Source of the DNA: Takakia lepidozioides
Lineage: Eukaryota > Plantae > Bryophyta
Assembly (NCBI GenBank): GCA_030704615.1
Contig: CM060734.1
Coordinates: 20,584,001 to 20,648,000 of the forward strand
Direction: 5' to 3'
Length of the DNA: 64,000 nucleotides
In this document: positions 24,257-36,367 of the stretch, in pieces
Layout: each line of letters starts with the position of its first letter
How positions within the stretch are numbered: the stretch's first letter is position 1
Program-made: the position numbers and the translations under genes
Notes under the pieces: generated by a model
What the model saw: only the letters and a program-made list of their open reading frames with translations
Databases searched by the model: none
What the model was told of the DNA's origin: nothing

Positions 24257-24489
24257 GAGGTTTGCTATTTCATGAGCATGAGCGGCATGAGCGGAGTAGT
24301 AAGACAATCGGTTTTCATGAGAAGAAGTACAAATTTCGAAAATAAAAAACAATAAAAAACAATAATTTAATGCAATGTGTCAGGAAAAACAAATATATTA
24401 TTCGGCCCCTTGAAGGGAAAATTGCAGTTTTGACAATTGTGCTCATGATATTTCGTCTTCCGCTCATGCCAATTCCCAGCGACATGTGC

Positions 24490-24850
24490 AAATATGGCGC
24501 CGAATTTCGCGGTAATAGGGTCCGTAACCTGAAAAAACGGCGACGTATTTCGCGGTAATAGGTCTCTCTGGCGAAAAATGGCGCCGAATTCCGCGGCTAT
24601 AGGTCCCCTCATGACAGGTAATTCGGCGCCATTTTTCCAGTGCATGTTCGGACTTAGCCAGTTTTCGGCGCAAAATAGGGAAATTCGGCGCCATTTTTCC
24701 AGACACTGTACCAGTGCATGTTGGGACTTAGCCAGTTTTCGGCCCAAAAAAGAGAAATTCGGCGCCATTTTCCCAGACACAGGTACCAGTGCATGTTGGG
24801 ACTTAGCCAGTTTTCGGCCCCAAAAAGAGAAATTCGGCGCCATTTTTTCA
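24490..24850. repeat. Subterminal array of AAAT(TC/G)GGCGCC palindromes, ~70-bp tandem unit with GGACTTAGCCAG
   Basis: About 7 palindrome copies; three near-identical units at 24638-24848. Confidence 0.8.
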
Positions 24851-25006
24851 TAAATGGCCCCACAACTGCTTCTGTTGGATCTCAGTTTGAATGGAATATT
24901 GCCTCATTCCAGGAGTTTTGGGGTGCATTTCATTACACTGCAAAAAAAGGTCTGATACAGCAAAATGCAATTGAAAATATCTATATGGAGGATTCCCTTT
25001 GCCCCA

Positions 25007-26619
25007 TCAATGATTTCTGGAATCCCTAAGGAGGAGTTTGTGCAGCTCGTTCACGCTCAACGCCGGTGCATGAATAAAGTCATCAATAGTCACGTTCATC
25101 CTCAACCTCTTCAGGTAAATGTAATACAGATGCTTGCACGGATAATACTTCGAACCCTTCTTTGCTTCCATCAACGAGAAGTCCGTACAATTGCAAGTCG
25201 GCTCCACTCCAATCGTAATTGTGTATACATCGTCGCGTACAGCCGAGCCGGCCGTTGCCATCCGATACACACGCCCAAGGCCGGGTGGGGGTACGTCCAC
25301 GGAGCTCTGAATAGTGCAAGTCATCCCAAGAGCATTGGCAATCCGAGTCTCATTCAACTTGTTGGGAGGGTGTCGTCTCTTCACTCTTCCGAATCGCATT
25401 GTGGGATGTGCAGAATTGTCCAATCCGTCTCTACTGGACCGAGCAGTCTACAATGGCTGGGTCTGAGGAACCGGAAATGCGTGGGCCGGGATGTCTGTGC
25501 GTTGCACCATTCGAAATCCTGCTGCAGATAGAGCATCCGCCTCATTCTGAGAGAGGCTGCAACCCGGTGCAACAGGCCAGACGCCCGGAGGCTCCGGCAT
25601 TCCCTGAATCCCGTACTTGGGCTTGCCAAATACACAGGTCATTATGTCGTGCCTACAGAACCAAAATGTCTGCGTTGTGGCGTGAGCAAATGTGGGAGTA
25701 AAAAATCTGCCGTTGAAACAAGGTGCAGGTACAGCACCGTGTGGGTTCCTCCGAATCATCTCACCATAGCGTGCTCTCGTATCCACCCGGATGGCGCAAC
25801 ACTTCCCTCGAAATGCCGGCAATGTCCTCGCAATTCTCCACTGTGACTCCGACACTATTGTCTCCACAATGGGAATGTTGTACTGCTTTACTACAGATGG
25901 CTCGTTATCTTGCCGGGGCACGCGCCCTGTGCTCAAAGGAGATGGCGATCTTGAACGTGCAGGACTTGCGGTGCTCAACGAGACCTCCTCGGGCAACATC
26001 ACCGGACCACGAGGGAGCGTGCGAATATTCTTGTCAGCTCGCCATGAATCCTCTTCTCCGCCAAGTGCCTCGTCAAGTCTTCGTCTCACTGGACGGGTAT
26101 GAACATCTCCTTCCAAATGTTGGCCTCTTCGTAGCAATGGCGTGTCCCGAAGGCCCTCTCGCAAGGCCGCCGCCCACTTCCGAGGATTCTTCGATCTAGA
26201 GGCAGTCCGCATCAGCATTTCTTGCCTGTCCGGCCCCAAGCCCCACTGTTTCCCTTTCAAGAACTCGTTGTACCTATATTGCTGCATAATTGACCTCACA
26301 ATATCCTCCGTTGTGGCAGTGAGGATGTCCACCAGATGCGCCGCAGAGGAGGCACGCCAGGAAGAGTGCACTGATTCGGCCACGTTTGTCGTGGGCATGT
26401 CGGTGTCGGAGTCGAGACACATTTCCTGCACAAGCACATGTTGAGATTACAAGCAAGTTACAAATATGGCCAAGAATAATATTCAACGGGACGCGAATTC
26501 GTGCAACTCACCTCCCGCATATAGTCGCCGAACTGGAGGAAACGATAATGCCACCATGCTAGCCAACTGACAATTGCTCCCTCGTCTGATTTCCTTACAG
26601 CACCTGACGATGTCCACCA
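25007..26619 (-). pseudogene. C-terminal half of a Mutator transposase (relic)
   Basis: WWTSSG...WLAWWHYRF, intron at the same position as in MULE-1, TTNVAESVH (catalytic E), FWFC, CNCTDF...PCKH SWIM; one frameshift at ~25440. Confidence 0.88.
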
Positions 26620-26790
26620 AGGAAATCCGGCGCCGAATTTCCATCCAGCAGGTAAGTGGAACCCCGGATGGATGGAAATCCGGCGCCGGATTTCCATCCA
26701 TCCGCTTCGGAATTACCTGTGTCAGGGAAATTTGGCGCGCCGCCCTACCTGCGCGGATGGAAATCCGGCGCCGGATTTCCATCCATCCGC
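26620..26790. repeat. Three palindromes GGAAATCCGG-CG-CCGGATTTCC at the MULE-2 deletion junction
   Basis: Copies near 26621, 26674 and 26759; two extend to 30-bp perfect palindromes GGATGG...CCATCC. Confidence 0.85.
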
Positions 26791-26840
26791 TTCTGAATTA
26801 CCTGCGTGAGGGAAATTTCGCACGCCGCCCTACCTTGCAG

Positions 26841-28936
26841 GATGAAGCGCTTGCGAACTCTAGGAAAGCGGCAGAGCTTGCTCAGGCAGGAATTCAGGAG
26901 AAATTGCATGAGAAGAGTAAAGGCCAAAGGAAAAGGACAAGGAAACAGGTGAGTGCAGTAACACCCAAAAAGAAGAAAACCATCGGGGCATCGGAGGAGG
27001 CGCAGGAGGGGACCCAAGAGAGTGACTCGGACGACAACTTTGTTCAAGGTCCTGCAACTGCTGTTGCTCCTACCCAGTCACCGGTCGTCCGGGTTCCCAA
27101 ATCAGTTCGGAGTGGGACTGGCTCTGCCAAGAAGTTGGCATTTGAGGGCGAGCCTACACGGCGGTATTCGGCGGTGATGTTTACGCACAGGCCAAAGCTA
27201 GAACCTCCAACCATCATCCAATGCGTCAATGAGAGCTTCCTTGACGCTCTCGCTGCCAGGGCGAAGAAGGTGGCACACAGCAAGTCTCTGGCGGAACAGA
27301 AGGGGAAAGCCAAGAAGAGGGCTGCCGGTACAGAGCCAAAAGACACCCCTTGGTTTTGAAGCCATGATGGAATTCTTCACGGCTGTGAGCACGAATTGTA
27401 AGAGCACTCGGGGGGGGGTTGAGGTGGAGAGAGCTTGCGACATGATTCTCCTCAACATTCCAGATGGGGAGCTGCTGGAGGGCCTGGATGGTGTGCCCAC
27501 CTGGAACAGGTTTACTGAGGACTACTGGAAAGCCGGGTTTGGGCTGGCGGGGATGCTTCTGGATGACGGTGGATGTGTGGTTGTCCTTGCCATGAGAGGG
27601 AAGACCATAGAGAATGCGGTGGCAAGGTGGACACCGAAAAGTGTCACCCCGGTCCTCCTCAGAAAATGGTTCTGCATCAGTACACAGGGGTTGCGAACAG
27701 AGGGCCGAAGTGTAAGTTATCAATCTATTGCATTCACTTCATATTGTGGTGTATGTTAAGTAGACCCTGGAGTTGATCCCTTCTTTGTTGGATGTGCAGA
27801 CATTGGTGTTTGAGGCATATTGCTTTGTGAAGAGAGGGTCTACGTTCAAATTCCGCAATGACGGTCGTCTTGTTGATGCCGCTGTGGACCCTGTAACCTA
27901 CGATGTCCTCTACAACTATGTGCCCCACTCCAGTATGCCGAAGGACACAAAGACAGGCAAACCGTGGCGGTACAGCCGGACCCGGAGCCCTGCTTTCATC
28001 CAAACCCTCATGGAGACGTGCTCGGATGTCCAAGGGCGGATTCTGGACCTCACATGCGGCACGGGTAAGCCTTCACGTGCTCAGTTTGTCCCCTGGCCCG
28101 ATTGCAATTGCATGCCGCAAGCTATTAACCGCCCGCTTTGTTCCTCAGGTGCTTCAATGTGGGCAGGGACGTTGTCCGACAGGCATGTGTTCGCCTTCGA
28201 GCCAGATACTGCCCTCCACAACTCGGAACTTGCAGCGGCTGAACGTCTGCCGAAAGAGGAAGAGGCATCCTCGGAGGATGAGGAAAAATCAGAGAAGGAG
28301 CAGGGGGAGGAAGTTGGGATCGAGGCCGAGGAGCCCCCGGTTTACGAGTGAGTGGTGGCATTGTAAGTTGCCTCCAGATTTCGTGAGGCACCTCCCTCCG
28401 CTCTCTTATTTCATTGAAAACCCTTTCTGGTTGTGCTGGTATTGACATTCTTGAAGTGGATTTGTTCTTACTATAGGATGCCAAGTACTGCCGGAGGGAC
28501 GTCTACACCGGAGTTAATGGGCAGGAGGAACGTGCCTTTTTTGGCCAGGGGGGATTTCATGCCTAGTCCAGAAAGGGAGTACATCCTTCCTACTTATGCT
28601 GCCCGGCTTGCGTCGGTGTCCATTAGGAGGTGTTCCGAACGTAGTCGTGTACAGCAGATTTTAGACGAGGCAAGCCTCAAGAAAATGAAGATGAGGGAGG
28701 AGGCAGCAGCTATTAGAGCCCGTCGGGCTCGTAGATTTGTCTTGGATTCTGCTGAGGAAAGTGGGGGAGAAGACGCAGAAGATTCCCAGGAGGTGAGGTG
28801 GACAGTCCCCCAAGGAGAGGACGGGATTTTTGAGAGGCATAGTGGAACTGATGCATCACAGAGCTCGGAGGATGAGGGGGATGAGGGGGATGAGGAAGAA
28901 GGTGGGGCAAGTTCCTCGGAGGGTGTAGGAGAGTAG
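26841..28936 (+). pseudogene. Cargo gene B: 3' half with the MTase-like domain
   Basis: DMILLNIPDG...WNRF..DYW...LDDGG; RSPAFIQTLMETCSDVQGRILDLTCGT|GASMWAG...RHVFAFEPD; the last three intron positions match the MULE-1 gene; frameshift at ~27350. Confidence 0.82.
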
Positions 28937-29157
28937 TGCCCATTCCGGCTATGACAGTTAAAACACACTTGTATAGACGTGGCTTGCCACAAAATTTGCA
29001 ATAAAATGTTGCATTTCAAGTCCACTGGTGCCACATTCCAACTTCACATGACCCTATTTCCGTGCCTCCTAACCCTATTTCCGTGGACTCACAATGGTCT
29101 GCTCATGCTTTTTTTTTTCCCGCTCATGCTCATGCCGCGCATGAAATAGCAGCCCCC

Positions 29158-29310
29158 GTCTGGCAGACAACGCCAACGCGTACTAACGGAATCAAACGCC
29201 CACCACTTCCGTGCACTTATGAGAGGCTGTACATTGTGTGCAGGCCCAGCCAGCATGTAAACCCATTCCTCCTTGATCCCTACCCGTTTGCGAGTCTCAA
29301 AGATGTCGTT
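29158..29310 (-). pseudogene. F-box/kelch-repeat gene fragment, 5' half
   Basis: DIFETRKRVGIKEEWVYML...WWAFDSVSTRWRCLPD resembles the region after the F-box in plant SKIP11-type proteins. Confidence 0.65.
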
Positions 29311-29398
29311 GCAGCCTTTGTCATCAACCACCGCTAGCGTTTTCTGCCATTTCTTACAACCACCTTTCAACGGTAAATAATAAGAGCGAGGCAGGTTA

Positions 29399-29423
29399 GG
29401 TGCATTTAAGCACCGACACCTAG
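29399..29423 (+). mobile_element. Helitron-like 3' end
   Basis: Hairpin GGTGC-ATTTAA-GCACC, 5 nt, then CTAG followed by T. Confidence 0.5.
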
Positions 29424-29434
29424 TTAAAATATTT

Positions 29435-29505
29435 AACTAATTCTTCCTAGAGTGTCCATTAATATAATATAGAATCTTTTTATTTTAATCCATTAGATCT
29501 GTCCC
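29435..29505 (+). repeat. 71-bp direct repeat, copy 2
   Basis: Near-identical to 23567-23637. Confidence 0.9.
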
Positions 29506-29511
29506 AACCTC

Positions 29512-30210
29512 GGATGGAAATATGGCGCCATATTTCCATCCGGGGCATGATTTCTGGCAGCCACATGGAAGCCTCGGATGGAAATTCGGTGCCATATTTC
29601 CATCCGGGGGATGATTTCTAGCAGCCACGTGGAGGCCTTGGATGGAAATATGGTGCCATATTTCCATCCGGGGGATGATTTCTAGCAGCCACGTTTAGGC
29701 CTCGGATGGAAATATGGTGCCATATTTCTATCCGGGGATGATTTTTGGCAGCCACGTGGGGGCCTCGGATGGAAATTCGGCGCCATATTTCCATCCATGG
29801 GAAGATTTCTGGCAGCCACGTGGAGGCCCGGGATGGAAATTCGGCGTCATATTTCCATCCGGGGGATGATTTCTGCCAGGCACGTGGAGGCCTCGGATGG
29901 AAATTCGGCGTCATATTCCCATCCGGGGGATGGTTTCTGGCAGCCACGTGGAGGCCTCTGCCCCCGAGAGGACTTCATCCAACCCCCCCGGATGGAAATT
30001 CGGCGCCATAATTCCATCCGGGGATGGATTCTGGCATCCACATGCAGGCCTCTGCCCCCGAGACGACTTCATCCACCCCCTCTCGGATGGAAATTCGGCG
30101 CCAAATTTCCATCTGGGGGATGGATTATGGCAGCCACGTGGAGCCCTCTCCCCCCGAGACGACTTCATCCAACCTCTATCGGATGGAAATTTGGCGCCAT
30201 ATTACCATCC
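29512..30210. repeat. Tandem array of ~10 GGATGGAAAT(TC/AT)GG(C/T)GCCATATTTCCATCC palindromes
   Basis: ~64-bp period for seven copies, then ~95-bp period; each unit also contains GCCACGTGG. Confidence 0.9.
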
Positions 30211-31228
30211 GGGGGATGGATTCCGGCCGCCACTTGCAGCCCGCAGGAGCTCTCCCGAGACACGCTTTTATGGAGCCGACCACGAAATAAATGCTGCGAG
30301 TCATTCCCGGGTACGGGCATATTAAATGCTGCTTCTTTCTTTGCCACTTGTCCAAATTACCACCTACACCCACTGTGTTCAAATCTGGGAAGCAGGTCAA
30401 GCTCCTCTCGTCCGCTCCTCCCACTTCCTCTCCTCCCATACTCCCAGGATAGTTGGTCTGCTTCCCGGCCTCTTGCTCGGCTTCAATCACAAAGCGATGG
30501 CGTTTCGGCATCCCAACAATTGCCCCAACAGGGATCTCACCCCGGGAGACATTTTCATATTCCTGCAGGATTGGGTAAACGAGTCTCAGTAGAGGCAGGT
30601 GAGCTTGACCGCTCTAGAGTACCTTCCTGGCTTCCACGATGGGGGCCGTGGCAGGCGCCGTTTCATGGGAGCCCTCCCCTAATAATTGGCCCCTGCGGCA
30701 GCCGCCGCTTGGATCTCGTGCATGGCGGGCGTGTGGCAGTTCTTGGGACTTGCACCGGGCATGCCTGCCCTAGCATACCCATGGCGAGGTATCGCATGGG
30801 TCTGCCTCCCCGGGTATAAAAGGGGAGGCTCCCTGGTTCATTCTCCCTCTCACACTTTCATGACGGCGAAGCCCTGCTGAAACTTAGAGCCACAATTTTT
30901 GAGAGCTTGAGAGGGAGTGAACGGAGTGAAGGGAGGGTCGGTGATTCTGCATCTGATCTGCGCTCTGCATCTATTGTCTATTGCGTCTAGCAGTGTTCAG
31001 GATTTTGTTTGTTAGTTTCAGCTGTGTGGTGCGGTCGTCGTTCAGGAGGGCGATCGGGATAGCTGGTGGCGAGCCCGTGCTGATGTCGTGGTGTAATTTG
31101 ATTGGTGCATTGCTGCTGCGATTATTCTTCAACCACCATGGCAGGATCAAGCTCACAGTATGTATTTTCGTATCTTCCCACAACTGATTGCATTAGGATT
31201 GCATTAGGTGACCCAAGCATTTTGTCAG

Positions 31229-31389
31229 GGAAGGTCTCCCGTGCTAATCCGGCGACCTCTCTCGTGAATTTTCTCAGGGGAGGTCTCCCGTGCTACTCAG
31301 GGGACCTCTCATGTTTGTTCTCTCAAGAGAGGTCTCCCGTGATAAAACCCATTGTCGCGGTAGGTGAATGTCACGGGAGACCTCCCGTA
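31229..31389. repeat. Cluster of 16-bp palindromes ACGGGAG-NN-CTCCCGT
   Basis: About 6 full or partial copies; the motif recurs ~11 times at 56238-59932. Confidence 0.8.
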
Positions 31390-31605
31390 ATATTTAAGAC
31401 GTAGTATCCAAGAGCGTAATAGAGTGTTATATAATGTCGACCGGGAATGAGGTCATCCACCAAAGAGTAAGTAACTTCCCTTTCACTGACCTATTATTTT
31501 CAGTTTGAAAAGGAGTCTGGAATCAGGCACTGCATACGCTGAGGGTCGGTCAGGATGTCAGCCAAAGCGTTGGCCAAGATGTCATTACCTAGAAGATGAG
31601 GAGCT

Positions 31606-34600
31606 CACTACTACGTTTAGGGGGGGTTAGCGACGCCAGGACCCCGGGCGAGCCGGACGCGACGACCCTCTTGCGACTACAGCGCCGGCAGGCACCCGGC
31701 CCGGAAATTGCAACGTCTACCCGTCGCCGTCACGCCGCTCCGGTGACGCTTCGCCTGCTTGCGATTCCGCCACGTCACTGCTGTTGGGGCATGACCCGCC
31801 AGTGAGCTGGGGGTTGCGACGCTCCCGCAAGGCTGCGATTGCCGGGAATCACAACAACACCCCCTCACACTTAGGCGCGTGGGGAGGGCCGAGTCAGCTC
31901 GCGCTGGGGTTTGCGACGTCCAGACGTCACCGAAATGCCACAATGGCGAGGTTGCGATTCCCCGCAGTCGCAGGCTTGCTGGGGCGTCACAAGTGCCCTC
32001 TTGCCTGGCGGTCTAGGATTGGGGATTGCTGCTACGTAATAATTGTTTTTTGGTTGTGTTTTGTTCTATGAATTCGACCCTTGCACCACTACATCCGTGC
32101 AAAATATTGGACAAAAAATATTTTTTTCTTAAAAAAAGTGTTTTCTTTGTTCACTATTGCTCCATGGTGTATCGGAGAACCTCAAAGTTCCTTTGTGTCG
32201 CATGGTTAGCCTTTCAGTTGTAAGGCAAGCATTGCCAGGGGACATCGATTGACTGAAGCACAACTTAGTGCATGAAGTTGAAGACAACTCAACTTTGGAG
32301 TGCAAATGAGGGAAGAAAATACAGTTTTGGGGCTAAATGGTTTTTTATTCACTCTCAAATTTTTCACGCACATTGCATATGCTGTCATTAAGCATATGGT
32401 TTAAGAACGGAATAAAAATAAAATCATGTGCAAACGAAATGCAGTTTTTCGTCTCTAAAACACGTAGATGTGTTCAATACTTGAATGACCCATTGAATGA
32501 ACTTGGTTCAAGCTCATATTTGGTCCACACGCGCTTAGGTATGTCCAAATCACATATGCAAAGTCTCAAAAGATAATATTAAGAAATATGCTCATCAACA
32601 ATGCATGAACTTGAAGAGGATTCAACCTTGGAGTGCAAATGAGGGAAGAAAATATGGTTTTGGGTGCAGATGATGTCTCTTCATTGCCAAATTTTGCATG
32701 CACATTGCACATGTTGTCATTAAGCATATGGTTTAAGAATGGAATAAATTTATTTCCTCAACAGACCTGGAATGTAAAGACGCTGCAAGCTTTCCCCGTG
32801 ATACAACAAAGACGAAAATGGATTTAGAAAACTAGGAAGTTTTGGCACTCAGTTGTTTTCTGAATTGACAGAGACATTGGTTGGAGATGGAACGCATGGA
32901 GAATGCTTGCATTGTTTTTTTACACTGTCTCCATAGAAGGCCAACGATCGTTGAAGCTTTTAATTGCGTAATAATTGATGAAGATGCACAACAAGTAGAA
33001 GCAGAGATTGATATTATCACCCAGATGAAGGAACTGAACTTGTTGGAGATCACTCGGTGTATAAAGCTTTGGCCTTATTTCAAAATCAACATTAAATCAA
33101 ACTTCAAATCAACAAATCATCAAATCAAATCATGAATACAATACAATTGCACATCGTTGCACTCCAGTTGCACGTCATTGCCTTTGTGGGAGTTGTTTGA
33201 TGTCCATAATCACCTAAGTCGTAGCTAGCAGACATCCACTGTCAGGAGACAATGTTGACATCTAGATACATCAGATAACTTATAGAGAACCTCGGATTAT
33301 GTGCATGCTAAACTTCTTTGGTGGCATCCTCGATTCCTTGGCGAATTCGAAAGATTTTGTCATAGAATGACGCAATTGCAATCGGCCCCAAATATTCTTC
33401 GTCACAGAAAAACGCGCACATGCTCAAGTAGGATGGTAGAGAGAAGCACAACCTCGGATGATTTCGCTTTGTATATCGGATAAGATCCATTAACATTTCC
33501 ACCTCCATGTGATTTTGCCATCAAACAAGTGTTTGTCTCTTCTTCTCCAATGATGGCTCATAGGAAGAAACTTGCGGTAGTTGGGATACACCATCTTGCG
33601 AAGATTGCTGGAGCTTTGTGCATCAGTTCATCGCCACAATGCAGGCATGCGTGGTACCCTTTAGTGCTCAACCCCGAGCAAACAGTAAGTCCTGTAGACA
33701 TTCCGCCACATTAGCAAAGACAAAAAGTTTCCATGTGCATCTACCCCACTACGGTGCAAAAGACTGCCGCCGCTACTTCAATCAATCCCAATCCTCATCA
33801 ATATCCCTTGACAGGTAAATGTACGCGGGTTTCTCATGGGGAACAAAATGTACCTGGATAATCATGCATTGTCCAAAGCAAGATGCGTCTCATCTGAAAA
33901 GATTGTCCGGCCATAGGGTCAAGTGAAGCATCCAATGTCGGGACCCCCCTCCATAGCTCCTTCAGTTCATCAACTAGAGGTCGCAAGTACGTGTCCATGT
34001 CTTTCACTTGTTTTTTCCCTATGAGACATTCACACCATTAATTGTTTCAATGCTCCACCATGCTAATTATACTTCATAATGAATGACACATCTTACTACA
34101 TGATTACGTCACTCATCAATCTTCCATCGGAATTGCGCCAAAGAGAAGGAGATTAATGTAAAATCCAAAGAAATAATAAGCATGAAATGGGAACACTCAC
34201 CCGGTACAAGTGCAGCCAACATGATATGGCATTTTTTTTATTAAAAGATACGGAGGGATGTTGTAATTCACCATGGTCACCGGCCAAGTGGAATGACTAC
34301 ATGACTGGATAGAGTATGGGTTGACCCCACCCGAGAAGAAGCCGAGGCAGACATGTCGTGGGTCCTCCAAGAGAAAAGACCACATCTCTTCAGTATGCCT
34401 CCATGTTTGTGAATCTTGTGGCGTGCACACCTTTCCCGGGGGGCTCCGATGCGAGGCGTGCCATCTCATCAGTTGTGCCAATGAGGGGCTTCGGTAGTGT
34501 GCCTACAGTCGCAAGATGATTGGAAAGTAGTGCATTTTCTGGCACCATCCCCATGTTGGCCCCATATCATAATCAGTGTCATTCATCTCTAAGTAAAACC

Positions 34601-35800
34601 TTACGTCTTGTAGCGGTCGCAAAAAGATAGAATGCAATATACAAGTGTATTGTGGCGCGGGTATACCTTGCGCAGGGCTTTCTTCCCTGGAACATCATCC
34701 CGATATTGGTTTTTGTTGCACTTTGGACACTTGGTGAGTTTCGCATCCTCTCCGTAGTACAGGGTTTTATCACATGGACATGCATGAATACGGACTGTGG
34801 TCTCGGCAATGGAGGGGAATGGACACGTAGGTTGGTATGAGGGATCTCGCGTGGAGGTAGTACTGGCCGAGATGGCCGGGATGGCGATGAGGAAAGAACG
34901 TGTACAATAGGAGGAATGGACGATGCGGATGATGGTGATGATGGGGGTGCCGATGTCGAGGATGTCGAACTCGGACTCGGTGGCGGCTGTGGTCTCGGCA
35001 ATGGAGGGGAAGGGACACGTAGCCGGTCGGTATGAGGGACCTCGGATGGCAATGGTGATGAGGAAAGACCATGTACAATAGGAGGAACGGACGATGCGGA
35101 TGATGGTGATGATGGGGGTGCCGATGTCGAGGATGGCGAATGTGTATGCGTAGGTGGCAAGCGCCTAGCCCGGTGCCCAAAAATAGAAAAACACGCATCG
35201 TACCCCGCTGCCTCACAAACTGCATCTACGTCATGTTGCGAGAAAAAATGTTCACATCCGGAACGGGGTGGGGCTCGTAAGAAGGAAGAAACCCGCATCG
35301 GTATGCCTCTTCAGCAAAAAAATTGCGAGCTTGGACATCAAGACGGGGCATGATATGAAATGCATCAATACTCAATTCACAAACGCGAGGTTTCATTAGA
35401 TATAGTACTTTTAATTGAGCAGTACGGGAGAAGATATGAGGACGACTTACCTTTGCTGCATCAGCAATCTCGTACTTGGCGTAATGTTTTTGCACAACAT
35501 GGGGTCGCCGCATCATCGGTGTGGTCCTCCCAACCAGTAGTTGTGCCCAACACCAACTGCACCAACACTCAATCTTGGGGAAGCGGTCCCGGCGGGGTCT
35601 CCCCAGGGCTCGAGCCTCTGGACTCGGCGGCCTACGACCTCGGGGTGGTGGCCGTGGGGGCAAAGCTGTGCGGACATGGCGATGCCGCCTAACTCGTAGA
35701 TGAGGCGAACGTGCTGTCTCGCCCTCAACAGGTGGTTGTGGCACAACGAATCCTCAAGCGTGACACGTCAATAAACACGCGGCATGACCTAGCACGAGAG
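31606..35800 (-). mobile_element. CACTA/En-Spm element relic with a decayed Tnp2-type transposase; only one terminus seen
   Basis: CACTACTACG terminus at 31606 with GCGAC/CGTCAC subterminal repeats. Minus-strand GGVNPYS...STWPV...NYNIPP, DMDTYLRPLVDELKELW, LLWTMHDYPG, GLSTKGYHAC, and N-terminal IECWCSWC. Confidence 0.82.
34790..35140. repeat. ~180-190 bp tandem duplication in the CACTA coding region
   Basis: TGTACAATAGGAGGAA...GATGTCGAGGATG and CTGTGGTCTCGGCAATGGAGGG each occur twice. Confidence 0.8.
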
Positions 35801-36084
35801 AGAGGTAGAGTACCGTATTGTGACCCACTGTAACCTCCGGAGGGGTTACACTGCCAACCCTTGGAAAAACTTGAAAAAAAAAACCCTACAAACGTAAAGC
35901 CATATGTCCCCACCCCGCAAAAAAATGAAACCCTAAAAACAAAACTATATTGCAGCTAATCCTACTGCCAAGGTGGCCGCCCTTCTCTCCCCTTCTCACT
36001 CCCCTTCACGAAGGCGCCTGATCGCCGCCGAGGTTTTCCGGTGGGGTCGCCACACTGGCGCGCCGCGGCTGCACCGACCGCCTT

Positions 36085-36331
36085 TCACTCCCTGTCTCAA
36101 TCTCTCTATCTGATCTCTCTCTCCCTCACCCTCCTCCTCTCACTCTTCCTCCCTCCCCTCCCTCCATCCCTACTTTGTTTTTTTTTGCTCTCGAGCTCTC
36201 CCGGGGCGCAACTACCCCCGCGCGCCGGAGCGTTTTCCGAGGGCGGTGACGCAGCACTGACGCGCCACGGCGTTCAAACCCGCGCGCGCCCTCTCTCTCC
36301 CTCTCCCTCTCGCCCTAATCCCTCTCCCTCA

Positions 36332-36367
<36 letters not shown>

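Larger units (their letters stand above)
24257..29157. mobile_element. MULE-2: internally deleted Mutator-like element (4,901 bp) of the ParB-MTase type
   Basis: 9-bp TSD GTCTGGCAG (24248-24256, 29158-29166); TIRs G(A/G)GGNNTGCTATTTCATG...CATGAGC; contains the 3' halves of both divergent genes. Confidence 0.88.

Noticed and set aside
29485-30819. Long ORFs such as 29797-30819 and the many MEIRR/MRCR ORFs at 21219-22301 and 24367-24863
   Set aside because: Translations of stop-poor palindromic repeats, open on both strands.
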